From assembly GCA_041649675.1 (NCBI GenBank), contig JBAZMQ010000004.1:16338-80337 (forward strand): a DNA stretch of 64,000 nt, in the 5' to 3' direction. Shown here in pieces: positions 1 through 10,900 of the stretch (positions are counted from its first letter, which is position 1; every line of letters starts with the position of its first letter). Under the pieces are notes generated by a model, which ran no database searches, was not told where the DNA came from, and worked only from the letters and a program-made list of their open reading frames with translations. The position numbers and the translations under genes are program-made. This stretch comes from Patescibacteria group bacterium (GTDB taxonomy: Bacteria > Patescibacteriota > Patescibacteriia > Buchananbacterales > UBA6539).

Positions 1-1
1 C

Positions 2-3000
2 AATGGAAAAATAAAAATTCAGATAGTGGCTAGCGGCGATTTAATCAGCGGTACAGCTTGGTTTGATGCTTTTTCCGTTACTAATAGCTGCGTTACTAAT
101 CCAATTACTTTAAATTTAATTGGGACTATAGATCAAGATGAAAGCAAATTACATTTAGATCGTAATGCTCAAAGTTGTCCGGCCCAAGCCGCTGGTTGTT
201 CTGAATTTATCCGAACCAAAAATAATTTAGGCAGCAACATTGTTCCTAATGCTAGTTTTGAAACCTGGTCTAGTGACATTGCCCAAAGAGGTTGGCAGGG
301 AGATTCAATTAGCCAACTGAGCAACGACGCTAATAATACTACCAATGCAATAGTGGGAAATTCCAGTTTGGTTATTAGTCCTCTTGGCAGTGTCCAAACT
401 GATAGTTTGGTAGCAGTTGCTCCGGCCACTAATTACTATGTATCTTTTTGGGCCAAAGCGCCTAATGCGACTGATGGTGTATCGGTCAGCAATTTTGTTA
501 AATTAAAATGGAAGCAAGGTACTGCCAATAAAGAAGCTGACCTTACTTTTTATCAAGATCCGGATGTTAATCTCAATACTAATTGGCGTCGATTTGTTTC
601 TGACGCCACCACCACTTCTGCTGCCGGCACTAGTTTTGCCCTTGCCTTTGATAACTCAACATCAGAAACCATATATTTAGACGGTGTCCAAATGGAGGCA
701 ATTGGTTACCAAGGTGATTATTCGGCTTATAAGGATTATGGCCTTGTTAATTTAACTTACCTGAAAAAACCGCCGGCTTCCTTTGGCTGCAGTGGTGATT
801 ATCAAAATGATCCAGGCTTATGTAATAACTATGCTTTGTATTGCCGAGCCGATGAAGTGGGGTGCGAAAGTTATACACCGCTTGATAAAAGTGGCCCGGC
901 CGTCCCCGGCGTGGCGGCTTTGGATGATTATTGTCCAGCCGAGTGCGTTGGTTACAATGCTTATAAACAATCAACAACATTTTTTGAAAGCCAAGAATCA
1001 ATAGAATATTTTATTCCTAAAACCGCTGCTCAATGTTCAGCCAGTGAAGAAGGTTGTGATGAATTTACCAATCTGGACAAGGTTTCTCAGGGTGGCGAGG
1101 CTAAAGAGTATTATCAGTACTTGCGTTTATGCAAAAAACCGACCGAGCCGGGGGCAATTTGTCAAAATTATTACACTTGGCAAGGTTCAGGTGAAACTGG
1201 TTATCAGTTAAAAGTTTACAATCTTTCCGCGGCCGCCGAGGGACCGCAAGAGGTTATTCCTTATAATGGTCCGGCTGATACTAATTGGCCTGATTATTGG
1301 TGTGATGACAAAACAATGGGCCAGAACAATCGACCAGTTTGTTGCGATGGCCAAGAAGATATAGCTAGCAATCCTTTCTGCAAGCAGCTGTATTCGGCGG
1401 ATGGTAAAATTTATTATCGGCTTTATCCCAACACTATTACTTGCTCTGATAGCTGTTTGGCTTACAGAAAATCTCGTTTAGGTGAATCAGAAGCAGCGGC
1501 AATGGATAATTGTTCTGGCACTCATGGTACTTGGGATCCGGCCAGCACGGCCTGTGTCTATCAGGCAATTCCCCAGGAAGGGATTGCTTGTTCGGCTCAA
1601 GCGGCTGGTTGTCGTCAGTACCGCGGTAATGCTGGCGGTAATGTTTATACGGCCTACTTTAATGATCTTGAAACTGGTACTTCCAGCGGTTGGCGTTATG
1701 GTTCAATTGACACCGAAGCGTTAGTGGTCGGTGGCCATTCTTTAAAGAGTCATTTAATTGCTAGCGATAACAGAACTATTGTAGAAACAACCAGCGGCCA
1801 TTTAAATAATGGTCCTTGTACCGACAATATTATTAAATATCAGGCGTGCGATGCGGCAAATCCAAATGACTATAATTGTTATGATTCGTCAAGCGGTAAA
1901 TGTATTGCTAAAGATTCCCAAACTACAGACACTTGCAAAGTTGAGCCGCTGGCTGAAGATTGCAGTTTGATAAGCAGCCAAATGACCGAGGGTAAAACTT
2001 ATCTGATTTCGTTTTGGGCCAAGAGTGATTCGGCAACCATAATCAGCAACGCCCAGGTTCAGATGGCAACCACCACCGGTACGACGGTTAAAACTACTGT
2101 GATTGGCACTACCAATATTAAACCGGAATGGAATTACTATAGTTTTGGCCCATTTGTTTATACTGGTGGCGACTATCCGGCTCAATTGACTGCCCAATTA
2201 ATTATCACCACTCCAAATGGAATTAGTACCCAATTTTATGTTGATAATATTAGAATTCAGGAAATAAATAGTTACAGCTACGTAATCAAAGGTTCCTGGA
2301 CGACCCCGGCGAGTTGCGATACTAATCCGTTTGTTAGTCCGGCTGTGGCCGCGCCGCAATTTATGCTTGGTTGTAAACAATACACTGATTTTTATAAACG
2401 GGTTCATAATTTGAAATCATTTAATCATTTATGCCGGGAGCAGGCCGCTGGCTGCGAAGCTTTAATTGATACTTATAATTATTCATCGCCTTTTGGCCAA
2501 AGTTTCAATGTCGCTGACCCAATCGCTCAGGTTAGAATCCCATCTGATCAGATTATTTACATGGTTAACCGGCCAACCTATCAGTGTGATGCCCAATATA
2601 AAGGTTGTCAGTCTTTAGGCCAACCGGCTATTAACAATGAAGATGAAATTTCTAGCTACCAGACGGTCTATCGAGTTAATAATCCGGATAACTATAGTTC
2701 AATCCTTTGTACTAGCGAGCAAGTCGGTTGTGACGAATTTCAAACCGGCAATGGTTTTGCCTACTTTAAAAATCCGGGGTCAAAGACTTGCGAATATAAG
2801 CCAATCCCGAATCAAAATACTTATGGTTGGTTTAAAACCAATTCAACAGCCAGCACACCTGATTGTCCGTTGGTTTCCCCGCCATTAGGAGTACCCCATC
2901 CAGGACAGACTTTTGCCGGTACTTGTTCGGATGAGTATAGTACTTGTACCCAATTTATTGATCCGACTACCGAATATGGTAAAAGTATTGTCTCAAACGG

Positions 3001-6000
3001 TGATTTGCAGCGCGATATAGATGATAATAAATTGCCCGATGATTGGAATATTTGTCAGTCGGCGGCCAATCCGAATGCTTTTTGCGCTAACTATCAAAGT
3101 GTATCGCTGAGACATGATAAACTTTATACTTTAACTGTTATTGGTACTGATGCTGCCAATGATAGTGATCGGCTTTGGTATAATACCGGCCAGCCTTTTA
3201 TTGAAATCAGTAATTGTCCGGCCATTACCTCTTTTGATCATTCAATGGTCAGAGTTTGTACCGATGCCGGTGGTTCGTTGGTTTTAAATGCTGGTAATTT
3301 GCCTACAGTCTGTACAGCCAACAGTGATTGTCCTGGTGGTCAAATTTGTAATGGCAATGTTTTAGTATTGCCTTGGGCTAAAGATAGTCGTAGTGCTGAC
3401 AATACGCCGAATTTACCTAATAGCAGGCAGTACTCCGGTCGTTTCTTTGTGCCGGAAAGGGATGAAATTTGTAGATTAGTTGTTCATACCAATTTATCAT
3501 TCCGGATTGATCAAACTGGAGCTTCTAATTACATCAATAAATATGTTAAAGAAATCAGGTTAGTCCCCACCGATGTTAGCTATGTTCTTAGTGACTCTGT
3601 TGATAAATTAAGTTGTAATGCGATTGTTAATCATGAGAATGGTTGTGTTTTGTTCAATGATCGCAGCAGTGTTAATTATAAGATTGGTGAAGATGATACA
3701 AGTTATTTAAATTTTGATGCCAATGTCAGTGGCCCAACCATTAACAACGGTATTGCCGTTAATCAATGTGCCGGCGTTTGCAATTCTAATGTTGTTTTGA
3801 AAGTTACACCTGACCGGATTTGTAATTCTTGGCTTTATTGTAGCAGCTATGCCACTTTTCCCGGCAGCGGCAGCCAGGGTGAGCGCAATGATTGTACCAG
3901 CATTGGTTTGTGCGATTCTTTGGATGACAACGGTAATTGCAGCGACTTTATTGCGCCCAAGAAAGAAGGTGCTCGCCAGGACTATTACCGTTCCCTTGAA
4001 GAGATCAGGGATTTGAGCGGCTACGTTAAGGCTGGATTAGATTTCACTCAACAATTGGCTAATGCCAAAATTCAAACTGATTTGCCAAAAATTATCCAAG
4101 GTGATTATCCTTATTCGGAAATGGTTCAAAAAGGCGGTATTGTATTCTCGCCTGGCACTAATTTTGAAAATGAGTTATCAAATTCGCTTAAGCCGTTTGG
4201 TTGGAATTTGAGATACCCGTTATTAACTGAACCGCCGGCTCAAAGTTTTTCAACTGCCGTTTGGCTCTTGACTTACTCTAAATTAATTGACAGTCCAATT
4301 GCCGCTCAAAAAGAAGGATTGGATTCTTCCGCTCCTGAAGGCTCAAAGTTTCTTAAACTTAGCGGTCCATACGTTGTTAATTCGGAAGAAATTGATGTGT
4401 TTGGTAGTTCCGAATACATTATGTCAGCCTTTATGAATACCAAAAATTTGCTTAAAGGTAGTGCCATAGTGGCCGTTGAACAATTTAATGATGAAGGAGC
4501 ATCATTAGGAATTAACCATGTATTAAACTTAGGGCGTTCAAGCGATTGGGTTTTTAGAGAAAACAGCTTTAGGACTAACTCGGCGACAACAAGAATAAAA
4601 ATTATTTTAAGTAATTGGGGACCAACTAGCCGAAGTGGTCATAATCCTTGGACTGGTGATACGGCCGACGTTATTCATGATGTTGTCGGTAGTTCTTATT
4701 TTGACGACATTAAAATAAAGCCGAATTTGCAGGTTGGCAATAACGCTTATGTTCCGCCAAGTTGCCGGGTTTATCCAGCGGCTGACTCTTTGAGTTGTGA
4801 TTATGTCACTTCGGACAATTTGCGTTTACGTGGCTGGCTTGGTTATTGCATTGAAACTGATCCGGCTAATCCGCAACAATGTTTGAATTGGTGGCCAATA
4901 GAATTAATTAATGGCGGCTTTGTTGATGAGCAGCCATTCATTACCCAAACGCCGCTTTACTATTGTTTAAAGGCTAAAGAAAATTTTTACGGTTTGCAAG
5001 CTTGTTTATTTAGAACAGATAGCACCCGTTGCGCTTCGGTCGGTGCCGGTGCTACGGGCGCCCCATCGCCAAGAATTTTTAATTGGGCAGTACCAACTGC
5101 TTGGCAGCTGGAAAGATGGCAAATTGTTAAATTAAGAATGATTACCTCGACTGCTGGTTGTCAAACCGAAGCTTGCGGCGGCGCCTTTACTCAGGTAAAC
5201 TTTTTACCTGATCCTAAAGGTAAAGACTCTACGCTTTTTATTAATGGTTCTAAGGGTTGGCAAGCCCATCTTAAATTTGGTACTAATAATAGGTTAGAAA
5301 GTATTGATTTCAATATCGGCGGATCAAATTGTATTTGTCCAGATGCTGATATTACAATTGAAGCCAGGAAGGAATGGTGTCAGATTCTGGTTCAAACCGT
5401 TACGCCTTTTGGTCAAAGCCGACCTTGGTGGAGCCGGATTTCCAATAACAGCGGTTCGACTTATACTGTCCCAGGCCTAAACTATCTTTATAATTTTGAT
5501 ATCGCGCCATACGGTGCGGTGGTACCGTCTTTGCCGGTAGAAAATCCAGCCGCCTGGAATTCAAGTTCTTATGCCGGGGTTGGACCACTGTGGGTGGCTT
5601 CGCCTGACCGGATTAATTTTAATACTCCGTTTCAAGCCAGGGCGGGAATTCCTTATTCTTGCGATCAAACTTCTGCCAAATATGGCAGCTTCAATTGTGC
5701 TTATCCGCCTCAGAGCACTGGTATTGCCAATAAAATTAACAATAAATCCGACCAGCTAGTGACCGCCGAGGTTAAAGGTATGGATAATTTAAAGCGGCTT
5801 TTTGTCCGTAATTATGGCAGTTGGCAGTATCAAGGTGACGGAGTTTGCAAAGATGTGGTAACCAATGAAATTGTAACTCAGGACGGTCGGGAAATCAGCT
5901 GTGCTTGTCCGGAAAGTTCCTGCAATGCCGAAACCAATAATTTTAAAATTTGCGGTTATGTTGACGAAGATGCTTTAGACAGAGGTTTTCCGGGTGTTTG

Positions 6001-7915
6001 CGATAATTGTGAGTCGGCCCCGGCCAACTGCGGCTGGTGTTATAGCGACAGTGACTGTCAGCCGAAAAATGGCGTAGCTGGCAAATGTGATTATACCCTT
6101 GGCCTTTGCCAAAAAGCCGACGACAGTTACAATACTCAAAAGAATTGCTCAGTTGAATATGTTTGTCCGCTCGAAGAAGGTGGCTCTTGTGCGGTTGAAA
6201 AATGTTTGATTGATGGTGCTACTTGTCCAAGCGATGGTAAATGTCTTGACGGTGCTAAATGTGACCCATTGCCTAAGTGTAGTAACGCTGGCGGAAGTGA
6301 TTATTGTTATGCCCAACCGGCAGACAATCAGTGCGGTAACAATGAAAAATGTATCTTGCCGGCTAATTCAGATGAAGTTTTATCCGCTATGGGCAGAGAA
6401 GATCCAACCGGGCAATCATGTGAAATTGGATTTTTCGGTTGTGACATTGATTTATTTGACCTTTTCTTTTCTACTGGCGCATCGGTGATGGAAATGTTTG
6501 TCGGTGCAGTCACGCTGCCAATTGCTATCTTAACTGCTGTTTTGAACTTTGCTATTCAAAAAATTACCAGTTGCCGGCCCCAGGGCTGCAGCGGTCAAGG
6601 TGCAAATTGTGGCGGTGCCGGCAATTGTATTACCTATTTGCATTACTTTCTCTATAAAACAACAATCATGTCTAATGATGAATGGAACTGGTTAGACGAT
6701 GTTCTCAGTGTAATACCTGATTCAACATTAGAGAATATGTCCGGTAGCGTTGAAGGATCCTCCGATGGGTCTAACTCAAACGTTATTTCATCTTTGCTTT
6801 CATCGTTAAATATATTTTCCGGCTCCTCCGGCGCCCAAATTGAGGATTTGCTAGAAGGTCTAACCGAACAAATTGGCATCGGTGGTGTCTTGGGTTTATT
6901 TACCCTTTTTAAGCTTAATTTGAATGATACCTATTGTTCCGGTTCGGACAATGCCTGCCAAACTGGCCCGGATGAGGGCCGGAGTTGTTGCCCGTTTTAT
7001 GCGCCAACCTGTGGTGAAAGTACTAGTATTATTGGTCGATGTTCTGATGGTCCAAACAAGGATTTATCTTGTAAACCGGCTCAAGAAGGTGGTGACCGCG
7101 GTGATGAGTGTCCGACTGGTTCTGTTTGTAAAGTGCGGTCTAATAATGAAACCTATCGGTCGGTTGATGCTTACCATTGGGCTGAACCGAGTTCAATCTG
7201 TCTTAATCCGGCAACTCCCGGTACTGACAATAAACGCTTGAATATCTTTAAGTGTGTTGGTGGCGCCAGCAATGGTGAAATTTGTGCTGGACCGGAAAAT
7301 TGTCCAGACGGCTCTTGTATTCAACAAAATGATTCTTACTGTGCAGTGGCACCAGAAGTTTCTTCAATTAAGATTAATAACCAAAATTTGGGTGATGTTA
7401 AAATCTATGGTGGCGATTACGTTAAAATGGTATTTACTACTGATATTGATTCACAGCAATTACCATTAAACGGTTACATCGTTGATTGGGGTGATGGTAA
7501 AAAAGATGCTGTTTCCGGCCAAGCTTTGCGTAGCCATCCGGACAAAACTAATCCGTTTGACGTTAGCCATTTGTATTCTTTCTGGGATTTACAGCAAGCC
7601 GCTCGGGACGGGGTTTTAAAGTGCGTGGGCCATCCGATTACGGCTGGCGGAACTGATTGTTGCAATGAGCAAGAATGTCACGTCGTGCCCAAGATTCAAA
7701 TCCGGGATAATTGGAATTGGTGTAATGGTAACTTAAGATGTGGCGGTGTTTTAGAAGGCACTCCTTGCAATGATGATAATACTTGCGGCAGTAGCCAATG
7801 TTTGCCGGTTGATAATCAATGGGGGTATAAAGGTAATACTTGTGATACTAATAGTAACGCCTGGCAGTATTATAATGGCGTAATTACTGTTTATCCTTAT
7901 TACAGTAAATTTTAA
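2..7915 (+). CDS. Giant Cys-rich surface/exported protein (>2630 aa, 5'-truncated) with CBM-like modules, Cys repeats and a PKD-like C-terminal domain
   Basis: Frame is open from position 2. CBM4-like starts (NIVPNASFETW, IVSNGDLQ..LPDDW, Y.VSFWAK). Many C-x5-GC repeats. PKD-like YIVDWGDG...SHLY near the C-terminus. Confidence 0.8.
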   Translation, partial: NGKIKIQIVASGDLISGTAWFDAFSVTNSCVTNPITLNLIGTIDQDESKLHLDRNAQSCPAQAAGCSEFIRTKNNLGSNIVPNASFETWSSDIAQRGWQGDSISQLSNDANNTTNAIVGNSSLVISPLGSVQTDSLVAVAPATNYYVSFWAKAPNATDGVSVSNFVKLKWKQGTANKEADLTFYQDPDVNLNTNWRRFVSDATTTSAAGTSFALAFDNSTSETIYLDGVQMEAIGYQGDYSAYKDYGLVNLTYLKKPPASFGCSGDYQNDPGLCNNYALYCRADEVGCESYTPLDKSGPAVPGVAALDDYCPAECVGYNAYKQSTTFFESQESIEYFIPKTAAQCSASEEGCDEFTNLDKVSQGGEAKEYYQYLRLCKKPTEPGAICQNYYTWQGSGETGYQLKVYNLSAAAEGPQEVIPYNGPADTNWPDYWCDDKTMGQNNRPVCCDGQEDIASNPFCKQLYSADGKIYYRLYPNTITCSDSCLAYRKSRLGESEAAAMDNCSGTHGTWDPASTACVYQAIPQEGIACSAQAAGCRQYRGNAGGNVYTAYFNDLETGTSSGWRYGSIDTEALVVGGHSLKSHLIASDNRTIVETTSGHLNNGPCTDNIIKYQACDAANPNDYNCYDSSSGKCIAKDSQTTDTCKVEPLAEDCSLISSQMTEGKTYLISFWAKSDSATIISNAQVQMATTTGTTVKTTVIGTTNIKPEWNYYSFGPFVYTGGDYPAQLTAQLIITTPNGISTQFYVDNIRIQEINSYSYVIKGSWTTPASCDTNPFVSPAVAAPQFMLGCKQYTDFYKRVHNLKSFNHLCREQAAGCEALIDTYNYSSPFGQSFNVADPIAQVRIPSDQIIYMVNRPTYQCDAQYKGCQSLGQPAINNEDEISSYQTVYRVNNPDNYSSILCTSEQVGCDEFQTGNGFAYFKNPGSKTCEYKPIPNQNTYGWFKTNSTASTPDCPLVSPPLGVPHPGQTFAGTCSDEYSTCTQFIDPTTEYGKSIVSNGDLQRDIDDNKLPDDWNICQSAANPNAFCANYQSVSLRHDKLYTLTVIGTDAANDSDRLWYNTGQPFIEISNCPAITSFDHSMVRVCTDAGGSLVLNAGNLPTVCTANSDCPGGQICNGNVLVLPWAKDSRSADNTPNLPNSRQYSGRFFVPERDEICRLVVHTNLSFRIDQTGASNYINKYVKEIRLVPTDVSYVLSDSVDKLSCNAIVNHENGCVLFNDRSSVNYKIGEDDTSYLNFDANVSGPTINNGIAVNQCAGVCNSNVVLKVTPDRICNSWLYCSSYATFPGSGSQGERNDCTSIGLCDSLDDNGNCSDFIAPKKEGARQDYYRSLEEIRDLSGYVKAGLDFTQQLANAKIQTDLPKIIQGDYPYSEMVQKGGIVFSPGTNFENELSNSLKPFGWNLRYPLLTEPPAQSFSTAVWLLTYSKLIDSPIAAQKEGLDSSAPEGSKFLKLSGPYVVNSEEIDVFGSSEYIMSAFMNTKNLLKGSAIVAVEQFNDEGASLGINHVLNLGRSSDWVFRENSFRTNSATTRIKIILSNWGPTSRSGHNPWTGDTADVIHDVVGSSYFDDIKIKPNLQVGNNAYVPPSCRVYPAADSLSCDYVTSDNLRLRGWLGYCIETDPANPQQCLNWWPIELINGGFVDEQPFITQTPLYYCLKAKENFYGLQACLFRTDSTRCASVGAGATGAPSPRIFNWAVPTAWQLERWQIVKLRMITSTAGCQTEACGGAFTQVNFLPDPKGKDSTLFINGSKGWQAHLKFGTNNRLESIDFNIGGSNCICPDADITIEARKEWCQILVQTVTPFGQSRPWWSRISNNSGSTYTVPGLNYLYNFDIAPYGAVVPSLPVENPAAWNSSSYAGVGPLWVASPDRINFNTPFQARAGIPYSCDQTSAKYGSFNCAYPPQSTGIANKINNKSDQLVTAEVKGMDNLKRLFVRNYGSWQYQGDGVCKDVVTNEIVTQDGREISCACPESSCNAETNNFKICGYVDEDALDRGFPGVCDNCESAPANCGWCYSDSDCQPKNGVAGKCDYTLGLCQKADDSYNTQKNCSVEYVCPLEEGGSCAVEKCLIDGATCPSDGKCLDGAKCDPLPKCSNAGGSDYCYAQPADNQCGNNEKCILPANSDEVLSAMGREDPTGQSCEIGFFGCDIDLFDLFFSTGASVMEMFVGAVTLPIAILTAVLNFAIQKITSCRPQGCSGQGANCGGAGNCITYLHYFLYKTTIMSNDEWNWLDDVLSVIPDSTLENMSGSVEGSSDGSNSNVISSLLSSLNIFSGSSGAQIEDLLEGLTEQIGIGGVLGLFTLFKLNLNDTYCSGSDNACQTGPDEGRSCCPFYAPTCGESTSIIGRCSDGPNKDLSCKPAQEGGDRGDECPTGSVCKVRSNNETYRSVDAYHWAEPSSICLNPATPGTDNKRLNIFKCVGGASNGEICAGPENCPDGSCIQQNDSYCAVAPEVSSIKINNQNLGDVKIYGGDYVKMVFTTDIDSQQLPLNGYIVDWGDGKKDAVSGQALRSHPDKTNPFDVSHLYSFWDLQQAARDGVLKCVGHPITAGGTDCCNEQECHVVPKIQIRDNWNWCNGNLRCGGVLEGTPCNDDNTCGSSQCLPVDNQWGYKGNTCDTNSNAWQYYNGVITVYPYYSKF

Positions 7916-7923
7916 AAATTGTA

Positions 7924-10900
7924 ATGAAAACGATTCCGCGACAATTTAAATTCAAAAAAACCGTGGTTTTGGTATTCGCAGCAGTTTTACTGTCTTCTGT
8001 TGCTTTTAGTGTTTTGCCGGGCTTAGCTTTGAATTTTCAAACCGCCGACCCACTTGAAAAGACCTTGGCAGTTTTACAGGTAACCCCGGTCAGCGCCGCT
8101 GGTGAGCAAACCGAGTCCAAGGATAACGATACCGATAGTTTTTTTGTCACCGCTGTTGGCTGGGTGGTTGAAAAGGCAGTTACTTTGGAAGGTTTTGTAA
8201 TCACTACTGAAACTAAAATCTTGATTTTTTTCTTAAAATATAATGGTTTTGTTAAAGCCAAGGCCGTGGTAATCGGTTGGACTTTAGTAAGGGATGTTTC
8301 TAATTTATTTTTTGTTTTGGTTTTATTGGTTATTGCCCTGGCCACAATTTTAAGGATTGAAGCTTACAATTTCAAGCGGTTATTGCCAAAAATTTTGCTG
8401 ATGGCGGTTTTAATTAATTTCAGCCGTTTAATTTGTGGCTTTATCATTGATTTTGCCCAGGTGATAATGATGAGTTTTGTTGCGGCCTTTGTTAAAATTG
8501 GAACCGGTGGTAATTTGTACGCTGTTTTGCATATCAATGACATTCTATATAGTACTTATGATGTCCAGACTAAGGCTAATACTGAGCAGGGAATTAGTCC
8601 TACGGCCATAGTGGTCAGCGGAATTTTGGCAGTTTTCTTGTTACTGGTTGCTTGTATTGTAATTTTTACCATGATGACTGTGATTATCATGAGAATGATT
8701 ATGCTTTGGATGCTGGTGGTGCTTTCACCGTTACCTTATATTCTTTCAGCCATTCCTAAAGCTGAGCGGTATGCTCAGCAATGGTGGCAGGAATTTAGCA
8801 AATATGTCATTGTTGGTCCAATTTTGGCGTTTTTCCTTTGGCTGACTTTTGCGGTTGCTTCCACTGACCGAGAGGGTTCAATTGGCGGTGAACAAATTGG
8901 CTTGGGTGCAACCGGTTTAGATTCACTAAAAACTTCTTTAGAAACAACTGATAAGGATACAAGCGGCCAAACCAATCAGCCAATAACCGAGGAAGATAAT
9001 AACGGAATTTTTACCGGGATTGGCCAAGTGGAAAATATGCTGTCCTTGATTATCGGGATTGGCATGCTAATGGCCGGTTTAATGATTACTCAGCAGCTGG
9101 GCGTGGCTGGCGGCCAAATGGGCGGAGCGGCAATGTCAAAAATGAAAAGCTTAGGCACCTCATCGCTTAGAAGTGTAGGCGGACTTATTGGCACAGGAGC
9201 CAAGACCTTAGGCAAAGCGCCTTTTCAATATATCGGTAGAAAAGTTAATGAAGCAGTTTATGACGATAGGTTACCAGCCTGGGTCAATCCGGCAGCAATG
9301 TATCGGGGTTGGGTGGCTCGACGCGAGGCTTTGTATACCAAGGCTAAAGAAGGTGCCGCTCTAGGTGGCCAAGAAATGTTTGAAAAAGCATTTACCGGCG
9401 TGGCTCAGCCTCGGCGGTTACAGATGAAAATAGCCGATTCACAAAAATACGCTTCGGAATATTTATTTTTACCAAAAGAAAAATTGGCCAACTATGCCGC
9501 TAATTTATACAAGCAATATCAAACCCATAAGACGCCGGAAATGCGAGCTAAGCTAAGAGGGGTGGCTCAAACTGCCTTTAGAAACGGGTTTGAAGATGAT
9601 GTAATGGATCAAGAGATTTTTCGTAATATGGCGCCAATTGATCCCAGAACCAATATGCCTCTCCACTTAGAAAAGGAACATTATGAGAAAGTGTGGCATA
9701 ACATTTTAGGTGATCATGAGGCCGGTGCATATACGGCCGCAACCGGTGACGAAATAGCTCATGCCACTAAACATTTTGGTGTGGCTGGATTAACTCAAGC
9801 TAACAACGTAACAGGTGATATTGCTTGGAATGATTATGATGAAAAAACTGGCAGATTTGAATGGGAAGAAATCGGGCCGGATGGCCGAAGTTATTTAAAA
9901 AAAGACGCCAATAAAGAAATCAAAAGAGCCAAAGAAGGGGGTAGGGTAGAACTAGCTGAAGCAATTAAAGAAGTTGGGCGAAATAGAAGTTCTTTTCATT
10001 ATCAGGGTATAACTGGAGTCCAAGATCGCAAGGATGCTAAGGGTGAAAAAATGAGAATTGCGGCGCCCTTTAGTGAATTAACAATGGATATGTTAAATTT
10101 ACAATTTAAAGGTCAGAGAGAAATTTTTCTTGGCGAACATTTTAATAGTAGAACTGCCATAGCTTTAGCCGGTGGAAAAATTGGTGACAGCACTTGTGAA
10201 TTTGAAGACAATGGCCTTACTCAAGTTTTGGCTGGTGGGGAGTATGCACCTCATCTATTAAGGAATATAGCCCTATTGGATGCTATTGAACCTTGGTTGG
10301 CTGTAGGTATGATTAAAAAAGTTGGCGGCAGCGAGACTGCCAAGCCAGAGAGTATAAAATATCGCACTGGTGATTGGGTTATGCCATTGCTAAGTTTACG
10401 TATAGCTAGGGACAGTGGTTTATTAGAAAAAATTCATAAGGAAACGGATCAAACTAAAAAAGAGCAGATGGAGCAGGATATGTTTAAACAATACGCTACA
10501 TATTCACCTCGGGCAGCTCAAGCCGCTGGTGCTCCTGGGCCGCAACCGTCACCTACTCCTGGCCCAACGCCTGGTGCTCTTGGGCCGCAACCGTCACCTA
10601 CGGCCGGTCCGTCTCCTGTGCCTTATTCAAGAATGGCCCAGGACTTTGATAGAGAAAAATTTGTCCGGACTAATCAAGCAGTTCATAGGTATGACAATGC
10701 CAATGACTTTTATAAATCTGATGAATACAAAAATGATCAGAATAAATATGAATCAGCGGTTGAGTATGCCAGGCACCGCGACGCTTTAAATCAAAAAGAA
10801 TTGGATCGGGTGAGGGGAACCAAAACTGCATCTACCACTAAAGCCGGTGCGCTGCAAGCCGGAGCTGGTATCAATTTCAGCGACCCTGAGTTACAAAAAG

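Noticed and set aside
169-7665. Many short alternative-frame and antisense ORFs within long genes, here and throughout the window
   Set aside because: They are shadow ORFs of well-supported CDSs with no independent signals.
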